Positions 27,965 through 40,880 of a DNA stretch of 64,000 nucleotides are shown piece after piece. The stretch's first letter is position 1; every line of letters begins with the position of its first letter. The notes beneath the pieces were generated by a model. It worked only from the letters and a program-made list of their open reading frames with translations. It was not told the origin of the DNA and did not search any database. The translations under genes were made by a program, and so were the position numbers. Origin of the DNA: Pseudogymnoascus verrucosus (lineage: Eukaryota); the NCBI GenBank assembly GCA_001662655.1, contig KV460225.1; one strand, given 5' to 3'.

Positions 27965-29479
27965 ATGGCGTAAGAAACACCTTCCCCCTCTCTGATCCTA
28001 GCTAATAGTTATAGGGAACCCGTAGGTCCAGCGCCAGGCGGAGTTGAGGAACAGATCGCGCTGTCTGTCCCACCGCCGAGTGGTCCTCAGCAGCTACCAG
28101 AATCGACGGCTGGTGAAGTCCCGAAAGATGGAGCAGAGATGTTCATCGCCGCGGCTGGTGACAACAGCGCCAGCGATCCAATACAACCGCAAGCAACGAC
28201 AATAGATGCTTCCCACACTGCACCCTCACCAGTCACCCTCCCACCAACCACTCTCCCACCAACCTCTACACCCCTCCAGCCAACACTCCCCACCGCCACC
28301 GCTCCCACACCTTCAACACTGGGCAACCCCCCCGAAATCCCGGCTCCAGCTCCAGCTCCCGTCGCAGCCCCCATCCCCCCACCCTCCCTAACATCAACCC
28401 ACTCCCACCCCACCACCTCCCTAAGCCTCTCCAGCACCGCCCTCCTAGCCTCCACCTCCACCGCCTCCCTCTCCACCTCCCCCTCCTCAACAGACACACA
28501 GACGCTAACCTCCGCCCGCGCCGCCCTCGAAGCAACAATCCTCTCCACAGGAACTGCTTACACCCACCCCATTGAAGCCCGCGCGCGCGATCTGCACGCT
28601 ATGAACATCGCCCTAGCCACACAACAGGCGCAGCTGCTCAGCGCGACTGGGGCGCTGGCAAAGGAAAACGACCGCCTGGCTAAATTAGCCGAGGAGGGGA
28701 GCAGAAGGCTGAAAGAGGCCGGCGCGCTGGATGTATGGGCTGAGGTACTCGAGGGTGATTTAGCAGCGGTGGAGGAGTGTTTGAGGATAGTGGAAGGGGG
28801 AGGAGAGGAGCACTGCGAGAGCTGCGGGGGGGATTTAGCTGCCGTGGACGAGGATGCCGTGAGGTGGTGTGGGGGATGTGACGGGCTTTGGCATGCGGGG
28901 TGTTGTGGTGAGGAGGGGGTGAGTGTTGATACTGCGGGGGAGACGGAGGGTGGGGTGGATCGAGATGCGGAAGTTGAGTGGAGGTGTAGGGAATGTGCAC
29001 TGAGAGAGGATCTGGAGGCTATGGTGGGGGAGTTGGGTGGGTTTGTGGATGATGAGATGGATACGAGTGGGGAGATCACGGTTGAGCCGCCGAGGGGGGA
29101 TTTGATTCATGATGGGAGGGGAGAGATGGTGTATGATGAGGGAGGAGAGGCTGTTATGGAGGAGGCGAGGAATTGGAAGGGAAAGGGTGTGGTGTATCCC
29201 CAGGATGAAGACGTGAAGGTGGCGGAAGATGGGGTTGAGAGAGGAGAGGAAGTGGGTGCGGTAGGTGGCGCTGTGGAGGAGGGAGGCGCGACAGGCGGAG
29301 CTGAGGAACTGGAGAAGCTGGACGTCCATGCAGATACCCTCTCGGACTCGAAGCAGGCGGATCCCATCCAAAGCCAGGAAGTCACGGACGCTCCCAACAG
29401 CGGAGATCGGCCCTTGGAGATGGACCTTTCCGAGTTGGAGGTTGCACCGCGACGAGCCGTTTGGACGTGGGGGGTTTAG
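27965..29479 (+). CDS. BLOC-1 subunit 1 (BLOS1/GCN5L1)-like domain followed by a PHD-like zinc finger; intron ~27970-28014
   Basis: ATG GC|gtaag..atag|G GAA CCC joins the 28139 ORF in frame. The coiled coil ARARDLHA...RLKEAGALDVWAEVLEGDL resembles BLOS1 LKEIGDVxNW. It is followed by CxxC..CxxC....H..C..WxCxxC. Confidence 0.7.
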
Positions 29480-29831
29480 TTCATTGACTGATATGTGGAT
29501 GACGGGCGGAAATGCAGGGAGGATTGGATATGGGTGATCTCTGAAGTGTTATTTTTGGAATGGGTGGAGATTTGTTTACGATTTATGAAGAATGATCACG
29601 ACCGTTTTCCACGTTATATACCAAGGCGAGCGTTCCTGCACATATATACAATTCGATAAGTCAGCAAAACATGCACAAATCACTCATAGCCTCGAAATTG
29701 TGGTTATTGCGATCTTTTGATTCGTTCAGCAACTGAGTGCTTTGCTTCCCTGACACCTATCCGGAGCCCTGTAGCTGATGCTCATGCCACAAACAAAAAA
29801 TACACGCCCCAGTAAACACCTAATTGACAGT

Positions 29832-30539
29832 CTACTTGCGGAGTTGGCGCTGGTAGAAAGCAAGCTCCTCACCCTCAAGAACGTAACCGTCAACACGGCC
29901 GCTCTGGCCGGGGCGGGACGAAACGACGGCGAACAGGCGACCGGCCTCGAACTGCTTCTCGAGAGCGGCCTCGACCTTGCCCTGGGAGGCCAGGCGCTCG
30001 GCGTGCTTCTTCTCGACCGACTTGGACTTCTTCTCTGGCTCGACGACCTCACCAGTCTTCTGCTGGCGACGGCGACCGAGGTTGGCGCCGTAGTGGGCCT
30101 CGTACCACTGACGGAAAGGAACGGCGTCGATCTGGACGACGGCGGAGCGGGTCAGGGTGTTGGTGCGGACCAACTCGTTGTTGGAAGGGTGGAAAGCGAC
30201 GGTGATGACGCGGACCTTGCGGGCAATACCCTCAGATCCCCACGAGAAGTTGCCGGAGTCGAGGCGGAGGGCGCGGAACTTGCGGTTGCCACCACGGGTG
30301 CGGACGAGATGGATGCGCTTGGCGCCGATACGGGTGTTGGCTGGCTGGCGGCCGGCTTCGAAAGCGCGCTTCTTCCCTGCAACAAAAAGATCATTAGAGA
30401 TATTTTCGACAGGTTGGAACGTATCGTGGACACCCGGTGAAGGGTGCCCAGCTCATACGGGCTTCTACTACGCACGGTAATGGGAACGCTTGGCTCCTGA
30501 AGCGGAGCGCTTGTGCCTGGAGTCGCGAGAGATACCCAT
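29832..30539 (-). CDS. RPS8: 40S ribosomal protein S8 (eS8); one coding intron ~30378-30475
   Basis: MGISRDSRHKRSASGAKR...RPGQSGRVDGYVLEGEELAFY. Confidence 0.97.
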
Positions 30540-31575
30540 GATTGCGATTCTGCCAGTGAAGAAGAGGTTAGCCTGTGTCTGTGTATATGTGTGATGGTGG
30601 AGGTGTGCGAGTGGAGGTGTTATGGGGGGTTTGTTGTGATCGTGAGGAGTCTTGTGCTTCGGAAGATTGGAGGACGACGAGTCTGTGGAACGATGCGGCG
30701 GCAATTCATTGAGAGGTTCGGTTTGAATGTGCGCATCGATGCCATCGACTCTGGCTTGTACATACCAGGTGATTTCTGAAGCGCAAATGTGTATGTGGTG
30801 GGCGTTTGGCGGAGGTGTCGTGCGTGGAGTTCGTCGAAAGTTCAGATCTCGAACTTCGAAATATTCTTGCAGTGGGGATGAGGTAAGCAAACCCTAATGG
30901 CGAAGAATTGAGTTTAGCGTGGTTGTGTGTTATTTAACCGAAATGTTGGTGCCATAAATGTCAGGTTGAAATGATATCAGGCCCCACCACAACCAAAATG
31001 GACATCACGTGCATTTCACCACCCAAACCAGAATAGCTCCATAATCCGTACTTGCAGTAGACCGGCACGGACCCTTTATTTAGCCGATGGCCAGTGCGCG
31101 TGTGTGTGGTTGGCCAGCCCCTCAAGACTCGGTCCCTCAAAAGAATTTGGCCCTTTGGCTCTTGAGGTCCGTGAGTGGAGTTTGATAATGCTGTGGTGTG
31201 CTCCAAGTGTGTTACGTACGACACTGTGAATCCCTTCATGTTATCTTGCGCCTTTCTGTACTATCTGCCTGAACTCCATTTGATTTTGTACTGTATTAAC
31301 AATCTCTGACGCGCAATTGATTGCTGTGGTCTTCTTGCGACCGTGCCCAAAACGATTTCCCACTCTTTATCGGTACCTGTCAGACTTTCAGGGGTATCTA
31401 TAATCGCATTGACACTTCTGTAATCCGACCTTCTTGACGCGAACCCAACTCGACCAAAAAACCCGCGACCGTGGATTATTTCGAAGCACAGAAAGGCCCT
31501 CGACCCTGATGACTTGTGACAATCGATCATAATAGGGTCTATCAAAAGTCCTGAAGTGAAGGCGCAACGAGAGCA

Positions 31576-34500
31576 ATGCCCTGGCAACCCCTACCTCGGA
31601 TCGCATTCGCTGTCGCAACTTTTCCCTTCCAAGCTCAGAATGCGGCGGACCTTCCACTCGAACTCGGCGATGAACTCTACATAATCGAACAGGGTGGGAA
31701 GAATGGAGATTGGTTCAGGGGATACCTCATTGCGCCGCCATCTCTACTGGCAGGCTTGACCAGCGTGAAGGGCCAGACGCTGGAATCTCGGGTCTTCTCC
31801 GGCATCTTCCCCAGAAGCTGCGTAGAGGTCAGGGAAGTCTTGGGCGATAGCAGTGAGGAGGATTTGACAGAGAGCCCCCAACTCAATGGCTACCATGACG
31901 ATACTTTGAGCAAGAGCGAAGGCAGCGCGAATAGCTTGAACAAAATCGCACAGAGTCTCACGAACGGGACGAAGAATGCGAAGAAGAGAAACAGCCTGCG
32001 CGACGACCTGCGAAATGGAACGCTACCACCCGTCGCGCGAGATACGAATGCCCCCAAACCTGCAGCTCCCGTCCCCATGCTGAACATTGGAGACGAGACA
32101 CCGACCTCCCTCTCCGAACCACTCGTGGACGAAATCGCATCGTGCCTACGAGAATGGCACTCGGCGAACCTCCACGAACTGTTACTGTCGAGGCAATACC
32201 CGCTGCTGGATAGGATGACGAGCCTCGTCCAAGGGCTGGATAAATCGAGACAACAACTCTTACACAACGTCTTGACCACCCACGAAGTGGAACAGCTCCG
32301 AGAGAAGACCATATGGGATCTGGTGAAGGGGAACAAGCTTGTGAGCGGCGAAGTTATTGTCAGGAGCCCTACAGAACGAGGCAGGGTCTTGACGGGGGAA
32401 GATTCAGCCGTGGAGATTACATCGCTCCAGTCGATGATGAGCTGCCTCGAAGAGAATCCTCAACATCAAGTGGAGTCGGTTGCTCTGCACCACTTGCTGG
32501 TAGACGTCAAAGGATTTGTTGGCGCGTCGACCGAGACGACAACCCTCGTCTTATACCTGGCGTCCAGAACACAACAAGCATTTCCAGCTACCTTATCGGA
32601 AAGTTTCGTGCTCGAGATCCCTCCCAATGGATCATTAGAAAGTCTGGCCACTGCTCGAGATATGAGGACGCTGTTCATGGACTTGACGTCGGCAGACATT
32701 GGCGACACAAACTCGGCGGACACTGAGGTGTTCCTCGTAGCAAAGGTCCAGCAGAATCAACAGCCACTGCATGGCAAGCAGCCCGAGTCTCGGTCCGGAA
32801 TGGTGTCCCGTGAGAACCTTCCATCATCTGTTGGCGAGAAGACATCATTGTCTGGAAGTGTTGGAAAATCGGCGCGCAGAAGCTTGATGTGGGGGAAGAG
32901 CTCGCAGCGGGCCACCCATTCGCGAAACTCGCCAGTTTCCAAGATGAGTTCCGTTGCTGAAAAGGAAGTGGAACACCTGCCAAATACTTCAGACTCAAAA
33001 ACAGGAAGGACGCCTCCACGAACTGCAACCGGAAAGGTTGTCTCTAGGACAGTCGGTGTGGGTGCTTTGAAGCTGACTTCGATTATGAAGCAAGACGCAG
33101 ATGTGGAGCAAGTAATGTCTATATGGACGCCTTCAGCAGACTTCAATCCGGATTCCCAAACTCTGGGCGAAGGTTGGGATGAAGTCATTCGGGATCTGCT
33201 TGAAAGCAACACAGGCTGCTATGAGAAGTCCGCAAAGGCTGAGCGCATGCATCTGAACCTTCGGCATTTCGCCAGTGAAGATGGAGAGAGTTTAATCAAG
33301 GCTACGCCGACTCTCCTGTCGAATATCAGCCGCACGAACAAACTGGGATTCTCTGGAGCACCAACAAAGCCGCGATCCGATATTTACGTCACAATTGACA
33401 AGGCGACGCTCCCACGAGGTGCGCTGCTGTCACGCGCCGCTGGTTCTGCCACAGCGCTGTCAACGCAAATGACTTGCCACAACTTGCAGGTCACCATGGA
33501 AGTCCGACGGGCAACTGGTGAGAGGATAGAAAATTGCATATATCCTTCTTCGAATGGCGAACCTGCCAGTTCTTGGGAGTCGACGGTTACAGAGCGTGGT
33601 GAGGCATGGAATCAGACTATCAGGTTGGTCGTGCCGCCCCAAGATGTTCCTGGCTGCCACCTGGCAATACTCGTTTCTGACGCGCCAAACCAACCATTCG
33701 CCATCTCCCACCTTCCTCTGTGGCACCAGCAGGCGTTTATACGCGATGGCCACCACTCATTACTGATGTACAAGTACGACGAGACGACAACTCACACAAG
33801 GCCAGACACGAACGGCCGGGGAGGCTATCTTGGAGCGCCCTGGAACGCACGCGGCAAAGATGATGTTTCTAAAGACGAGGCAATTACCGGACCGTTGTCA
33901 AAGATGAGAGTACAGACGTATCTGTGCAGCACTCGATTTTCGCAAGATAAAGTCCTACTTGGTCTCTTGAACTGGAAAGATCAGTCTATCGGCGAGTTGT
34001 CGGATCTCCTCAAACGGCTGGTGTTTGTTCCGGAGATTGAGATTGTTAAGCTTTTGAATGATCTTCTCGACTCCATGTTTGCAGTGTTGGTTGAGCATGC
34101 TGGCAATGATACGTTTGAAGATCTTGTGTTCAATGCGTTGGTCACTGTCCTTGGAATCGTTCACGACCGCCGATTTAATCTCGGTCCTCTTGTCGACCAT
34201 TACGCGGAGACCCAGTTCAACTATCCCTTTGCAACTCCTTGTCTGGTCAGAAGTTTTGTTCGCCTTCTTTCGGATCCAACCGATGCCGAGTCTTCGAAGC
34301 GACTGCGAGCTACATTCAAGGTTACCCGACACATTTTGAAGTTCATTACGCATGCGCGAGGACAACAAATTGTGAAGGAGGCCGACATTGGAATCTCAAA
34401 CGGTTCTCCTGGATTCTCCCGGCACCTTCGAGGGATTTTCAAGGCGCTGGATGCGCTCATGCGCAATACGGCACCGATATTAGTCGGCAGTCAGACGCTG

Positions 34501-37500
34501 GCTGTGCAGCATTTCCAGGGCTGGCTGCCCGAGCTGACTGGATTGCTTTCTACGGAGGAAATTTTGCATATCGCGATTGACTTTATGGACTCGTGTTCAG
34601 CAGTCAAGGGGAAGCTCGTCTTGTACAAGCTTATTTTGATCATCAACTACGCGAAACTCGAACTTTTCTCTCAACCGGACCAGAAAGCCGCGTTAGCAAC
34701 TAATACGGTGAGGTGGATTGCGCCTCACTGGGGCAAGACCGCAGAGGTTACGTCGCAGTGGCACGACCAAGTTAGACTTTGCTGCTCTGTCCTGTCGACA
34801 CAGATTGAGATGCTTGGTCCTGAAATACCTGATCATATTCCCAAGATCATCGACTCTTATCTCGCGATCCAGAGGGCACCGAGGCGACCAAGCAGCCGAC
34901 TGTCCTTGCTGTTTCCTTCTTCATATCCATTCCCGACCAAGCCAATCGAAGGCAGCAAGCCCGAGTTTGATGAGGCGCTTGTTGAGCTGTCCGCAATCTT
35001 GTCCGCTGTATCGAATCGTCCACAAGGAATGCAGCTGGAGTTGGCGGAAGATGAGATGTCCACGCTCTTGCAAGATGCGCTTCGCGTTCATACGAGCATT
35101 CTGGAGTGTGAGGCGTTCCCGAAATCATGGCTGAGCATACGCATTTACCACCACCGATCTACCATGAAAACTCTCGAATATATTGCAAAGATCTTGCTCG
35201 AATCATTCCTGCCGGACCCGGAAGAAGAGGCTGGCATGGATTACAATACGGATCTATGGAAGTCGTTCTTCACCACGCTACTGAAGCTTATTGGCAGCGA
35301 CGCACTCGCGTTGGAGACATTCCCCGAGCAGAAGAGACGCGCCGTGTGGAAGATTGCGGGCGATATCAGAGAACAGGGAGCCGAACTCTTGCGACGTACC
35401 TGGGAAGCGATTGGCTGGGAAACGACCCAGGAAGAGAAGCAACGTTATGGGCTGCAGAAGATTGGCGGTTACCAAGTGCAGTATGTGCCAGGGCTTGTCG
35501 GTCCTATCGTGGAGTTGTGCCTGAGCGTGCATGAAGGTCTACGTCGCGTTGCCGTCGAAGTGCTGCAGACCATGATTGCGAGCGAGTGGAATCTAAGTGA
35601 AGACCTCTCAACAATACAAATGGAGATGATTGACTCTCTCGACCTGCTCTTCAAGTCGAAGCCTCTAACCGAAAGCATACTGCAGAAATTCTTCATCAAT
35701 GAGCTCTTGGAGCTGTTTGAGCCTCTGTCCACAATGCAAGACGACAACATGTATGCCTCGCTGAGCGATATGATTGCGACTATTGACGAGTTCTTGGATC
35801 TGCTCGTCGCCGTGTACAGTGCGGACAATGCAAACGAAGCATCAGGACTCATCGACCGATTACGCCTGATGGACTTCCTCAGAGACATGCAGAAAGAGGA
35901 GATATTCATCCGTTATGTTCATCAACTTTCGGTTGTACAAGCAGAATCCCGCAACTTTACGGAAGCAGGGCTTGCGCTGCGCCTTCATGCTGATCTGTAC
36001 GATTGGGATCCTCTAAAGATTCTTCCACCCCTATCGGATCCGGATTTCCCCGCTCAAAGTGCCTTTGAGCGCAAGGAACGCATCTACTTTGATATGATTA
36101 GGCATTTCGAAGAAGGCGATGCTTGGAGCAGCGCTCTTGTCGCGTACAAGGAGTTGCGGGAGCAGTATGAAGAGAATGTGTTCGACTTTTCGAAGCTGGC
36201 TAGGACGCAGAAAGCGATTGGTTCTGTCTATGAGTGTATAGCCAAGAGCAACAAACCGATGATGAAGTACTTCCGTGTTGCCTACCGAGGATTGGGATTC
36301 CCACCTGGCGTGAGAGACAAGGAGTTCGTATTTGAAGGGGCACCGGCAGAGAAGACGTCGGCCTTCACAGACCACCTTCAAGAGCAGTACCCAGGCGCAC
36401 AGATTGTCACCCAACTCGAATCTGATGATGTTGAAGGTCAGTTCTTGAAGGTCTCGTCACTTGGTCCTTATCGAAACCTGGATCACGCCGTTTTCCAGCG
36501 AGCCAAGGTGGCGAACGTGACGAGGGATTATCTCTTGTCCGCCCACTGCCAGCAATTTGCCACGACTGTGTCACGAAACACTTCTGGACCAGTTGAGGAG
36601 CATTTCGCGGAGAAGATGGTCTACATCACGGCCGATCAATTCCCTACGATCTCGCGGAGGAGCGAAATCATCACCGTGGAGAGGATCCGCCTGTCTCCGC
36701 TGCAGACTGCTCTTGAGCGGACGGTTCGAAAGACCCAAGAAATGACTTCTGTTGAAAGAAAGGCCGCTGATGGCGACGAAGCTGTGGTTCCTCTTCTCAT
36801 CGAAGCAATCTCCATATCTGTATCCCATTCATCGGAGTCGTCGATTGCACGATACAGAGCCCTTCTTCCGCTTCCTTCGTTCGACGAGGATGGCGAGGAA
36901 CAAGTGGTCATTCTCTCGCCTCTTGAGAGCGCACTGAAGATGGCCCTGATCGACCATGCCATCATGATCAAGCGCATCCTGACCATGTTCTCGAGATCCA
37001 TGCACCCCACCGTCCGCTACAGACAAGAAGAGCTGACTTCACGTGAGTTTATGAGTTCCTATTATTCATCGTTGCTAACAGTTTAGATTTTGAATCAACC
37101 TTCGGCCCCGAGCTCGTCACCCTCGCGCCGGTCCAGCCGCGTCAGATAACGCCTGCGCCAACGTGGTCCGTCGCCTCGCCACAACTCGCCTCTGATTTCC
37201 CAAGCCCCCCTCAGCCAAAGCCAAGTCTGAAGCACAGCAGCACGATGCAGACGACCTCGAGTATGCCGGAGAGTCCCACGCGGCGAAAGGAGCTTGGAAA
37301 GCTGAACTTTCTGAACCGACCGCCAAAGACGGGGCCGCCCGTATCGTTCAAGGGGGGACAGGCGAGGAAGGAGAGCAGTGACGAGGGGTCGTCGATCCGC
37401 AGTGGTGTCAGTCGCGGGAAGGAGAACCGCCGCAGTTTCTTTGGGCGTGGCGATAGCGAGGGGGATTGGAATACGGATACTGCGGATGGAAGCGGGCTCC

Positions 37501-37667
37501 GGAGGAGCGAGAGTCATGGGAGTGAGGGGTTGAACCGACCGACGACGGCCACGAGCGTGGGGAGCAAGGTTGGGAGCGTGAGGAAGCGGCTGAGCAAGCT
37601 GACCCTCGGCCGGAAAGAGAGTAGGAGGGAATTCCGGGCTGGAGTTGTGATTAGGGAGACGGAATAG
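31576..37667 (+). CDS. DCK1: DOCK-family Rac GEF (SH3, C2-DOCK/DHR-1, DHR-2); intron 37043-37086
   Basis: N-terminal SH3 (LPLELGDELYI..WFRGY..GIFPRSCV), LREW motif and DHR-2 motifs (FIRYVHQL, NFTEAGLAL, YFRVAYRGLGFP). Splicing joins the frame ending at 37667. Confidence 0.92.
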
Positions 37668-37788
37668 GTGTACTGTATATGGGTGGTGACTTTGGCGCAT
37701 GTAGTGTGTACGGACGAGCGAGTCGTCTTATACCCTCGTTTGTTGGTTTGGGAGGATAATAAGTGTTTATATACTCTGTTTACATAGC

Positions 37789-38045
37789 TACTTAATGGCG
37801 ATATGTACTTTCCCATCTGTTCTCTACATTGACCGATCAGGTTTACTCAATAGCGATTATGTACTTTCCCATCCTTTCTCTACATAGATCGAGCAGGTTT
37901 ACTCAATAGTGATTATGTGCTTTCCCATCCGTTCTCTATATATAGATCGAACAGGTTTATTCAATAGTGATTATGTACTTTCCAATCCGCTCTCTGCATA
38001 GATCGAGTAAGCCTACTCAATAGTGATTATGTACTTTCCCAATCC
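37789..38045. repeat. 56-bp tandem repeat, ~4.5 copies, overlapping the 3' end of the MDR reductase gene
   Basis: tactcaatagtgattatgtactttccc..atcc.ttctc recurs at ~37789, 37844, 37900, 37958 and 38014. Confidence 0.9.
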
Positions 38046-39122
38046 GTTCTTTTTCTCTACTACCGTGGCCAAAGCCTTCACCCGCTCCAGATCCGCCAGG
38101 TCCGCAGTATCACCAACAATCGCCTTCACCGTTCCGCTCTGTGCCCATTCGCCAACCCTCTGCAGATCATAAACACTCATCTTGGTAAATACTGGTTTAT
38201 AGGCAACCCCCCATCGCGACACTCTCCAAGTTTGGACCGCATTGGCAACATCCAAGATTTTCGCCACCAGCCAGGGCGCGGTAGGGAAGTCCTCTCTGAG
38301 GTCCGCTCCCTTCTTGCCGGTGAGCGTGTATAGGATGCCTGTTCCCGGTTTCATGATTTGGATATATTTCATGGACGAATAGCAGGTGTCCAGCATGAAG
38401 TCCACGGTTTGCGGCCCAATCGCCTCGACGACATTTTGGGTGGTGTAGTCAATGGTCTGGTCTACTTTCCCTTCACCGAATAGCTCAATGATGCGGGAAA
38501 CCTTGGCGGTGGAAACGGTTGTGATGACCTTCTTCACGTCGTACACGGGCTTGAGGAGTTGTAAGGCGAGCGAGCCAGTTGCGCTCAGACCTGCAGGGAT
38601 GAAGACTGTCTTGCCTTTGAGGCCGCCTGGGATTGCGGCCTCAGCGGCGTCAAGGGCCTGGATTATCGTGAGGGACGTCGAAGGGAAATAAGACGCATCT
38701 TCAAATGATATATTATCCGGGAGTTTGGCCAGACAGAGCATGCGGTGTGGTTTCAGCAGGAGATACTCTGCTGCGCCGCCGCCGTTGACGGTGAATCCAA
38801 ATACGCGGTCCCCGGGGCGGAAAGCTGTGACGGCCGACCCAACTGCAGCGATAGTTCCAGCGAAGTCAGAGCCGATAATTACAGGAAGTCTAGGAAATTA
38901 GTGTGATTCTCGATGTAGAAGGGAGACGAACTTGATGGTCTGGACGATGCGCAAGGTCCCCGCCGCGCGGGCAACGTCAGGACCCGCGAGAGAAGTCGCC
39001 TTCACACGCACGAGTATGTCTTCATCGCCTGTGATGGTAGGGATAGGGAGGATGAGGTGTTCATATTTCGCAGGCCCAGCAAAGGCAGACACGCCAACGG
39101 CGCGCATAGTTGGTTCCGCCAT
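38013..39122 (-). CDS. Medium-chain dehydrogenase/reductase (GroES-like, quinone/enoyl reductase type); intron ~38890-38931
   Basis: LPIP..DILVRVKA, GSDFAGTI..VGSAVTAFRPGDRVFG and GKTVFIPAGLSATG nucleotide-binding region. No catalytic Zn cysteines seen. Confidence 0.85.
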
Positions 39123-39294
39123 GGGAGTTGGTAGAGATCATTTTTAGTCGGGGGAGAGGTACTATATGAGAATGCGCTCGCCATCTCGGAGGTTTAGAGA
39201 CACGCCGAAGGATTTGAAAGAGTGCTGCCATCGTTCATAGGTGGTAAGGTTCCTCCGACTCCGAGCCTCGATATCGTTTTAGAGGGTTTAAATG

Positions 39295-39980
39295 TTCCAT
39301 TTCCCATTACCCTCGCCATTCCCCATCGCGCCCGTTTCCCTTACTGTTCCATATTACGATAGTTACCCTCGTTGTTCCCTATCGCGTCCATTCCCCATCG
39401 CCTCTGTTTCTCTCATCGTTCCCTATCGCGCCCGTTCCTCTCGCCATTTCCCATCGCGCTAGTTCCTCTTGCTATTCCCTATCGCCTCTGTTTCTCATCA
39501 TTCCCTATCACGCCTATAACCTTAATTTACACTCTTTAATAAAGATGACTATTTACTATAATAGTAAGAAATAATATAGTAGGTAATTAACTACATCTAT
39601 TAAACTCCCTATAATGTACCTACCTAACTACAAATAAGATTAATTATCCTTATAATCTATTACCCTAAGCCATCCTAGCTATTTAAAGTATTATAGATAT
39701 ATATAGATGTTTTTAAGGAGGACCTTGTTCTTTACGTCTAGTAGCTGCCCCCCTCTTACCCTCTTTAATCACTAAAACCCTTTACTGTAATTACGTAGTA
39801 TAAGAAGAACTCTTGTTAAGCTCTGTCTTAAGGTGGTTAATTAGCAGGAGCACTATAGTAAAGGCACTCGCTAGCAGCCCGAACGCGAAGATGTTGACTT
39901 GATCCTCTAGCTACTCGATTAGTTCTAGCATGCTTAACTACAGCTTCACCGCCTCCCCTTCCTAAGATCCTCCTCTAAAC
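39295..39980. mobile_element. RIP-eroded repeat relic (ttccc(c/t)atcgc low-complexity array followed by TpA-rich DNA)
   Basis: Strong TpA excess (ctag, ttaa, tata) and no ORF. Element family cannot be identified. Confidence 0.5.
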
Positions 39981-39983
39981 CTA

Positions 39984-40523
39984 TCACGCCATACCTCCTC
40001 TCTTCTTCAAATCCCTCGCCTCCCTCTCCAACCTCTTCTCCTCCTCCATAGCACTCATCTTCTCATACTTCCCATCTAATACCCTATTAATATAACCCCC
40101 ATCCCACACCGCCCTGTTCCTCTCCCCTACAACCACAAGCACTAGCAATGCCGCCTCCACCGGCACCTTCCACCACCACTCGCCGTGGGACAAGGCCTTC
40201 CGCACCCCGCTCCTCGTCCTCCGGAGAGCGGCGTACGCCAGCAGCGCCAGGACCGAGTACAACACGACGACGAGGAACACCAGCTGCCGCGACCTCCGGT
40301 GGTGGCGCCACTTCGCGTGCGTGGAGTAGCGGATGGCGGCGAGGAGGCAGAGCGGGCCGACGCAGGTCGTAAACGGGGAGAGCAGGGTGGCGAGGTGGTG
40401 GGAGAGCGGGGTGAGGATGGGGATGGGGCCGCGTTTGAAGAGGTCGAAGTGAACGGCTACCATGAGGACGAAGGAGATGTAGAGAAGGGTGGCGCGGGTG
40501 AGGAGGAGGTTGGTGGAAGCCAT
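39984..40523 (-). CDS. Small hypothetical multi-pass membrane protein
   Basis: 179-aa intronless, GC-rich ORF with about 4 hydrophobic segments. Confidence 0.55.
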   Translation of the reverse strand: MASTNLLLTRATLLYISFVLMVAVHFDLFKRGPIPILTPLSHHLATLLSPFTTCVGPLCLLAAIRYSTHAKWRHHRRSRQLVFLVVVLYSVLALLAYAALRRTRSGVRKALSHGEWWWKVPVEAALLVLVVVGERNRAVWDGGYINRVLDGKYEKMSAMEEEKRLEREARDLKKRGGMA

Positions 40524-40880
40524 GGCCGAGGAGGGTTATTGTAGATCTGATTGATGGGGGATAGGTCGGGTTACGTTACAAATAACACGGCGTTACAAAT
40601 GACAGAACGCTATAAATAACACGACAGTACTACAGTAGAAGGCGAATATAACCTCTACTACCCCGGAATCACAATGAGGGATTTTGCTGCTGCCTTAGGC
40701 CGCACCCACCCCTACACCTACCCTTCTAAATTAGGCTGTATCCCCTACGGTCGCAACGTTAGTGCCACCTCAAACTATAGCTTTAGCTATTCTACTTAGT
40801 AGCAGCGACTGTAGACAGCTCAACCTTTGTAAAAAGCTATAAATAGGCTCTTATATGCTTTATTACTATACCTTACCTAC

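Noticed and set aside
30552..30765. Intronic snoRNA in the RPS8 leader intron
   Set aside because: No convincing C/D or H/ACA box arrangement was seen.
3853..37700. Many long antisense or alternate-frame ORFs overlapping RXT3, dynactin, the permease, RPS8 and DOCK
   Set aside because: These are shadow ORFs expected from GC-rich codon bias, with no recognisable domains.
37789..38045. CRISPR-like appearance of the 56-bp array (also the 62953-63115 array)
   Set aside because: Whole units repeat with no unique spacers, there are no cas genes, and the context is eukaryotic.
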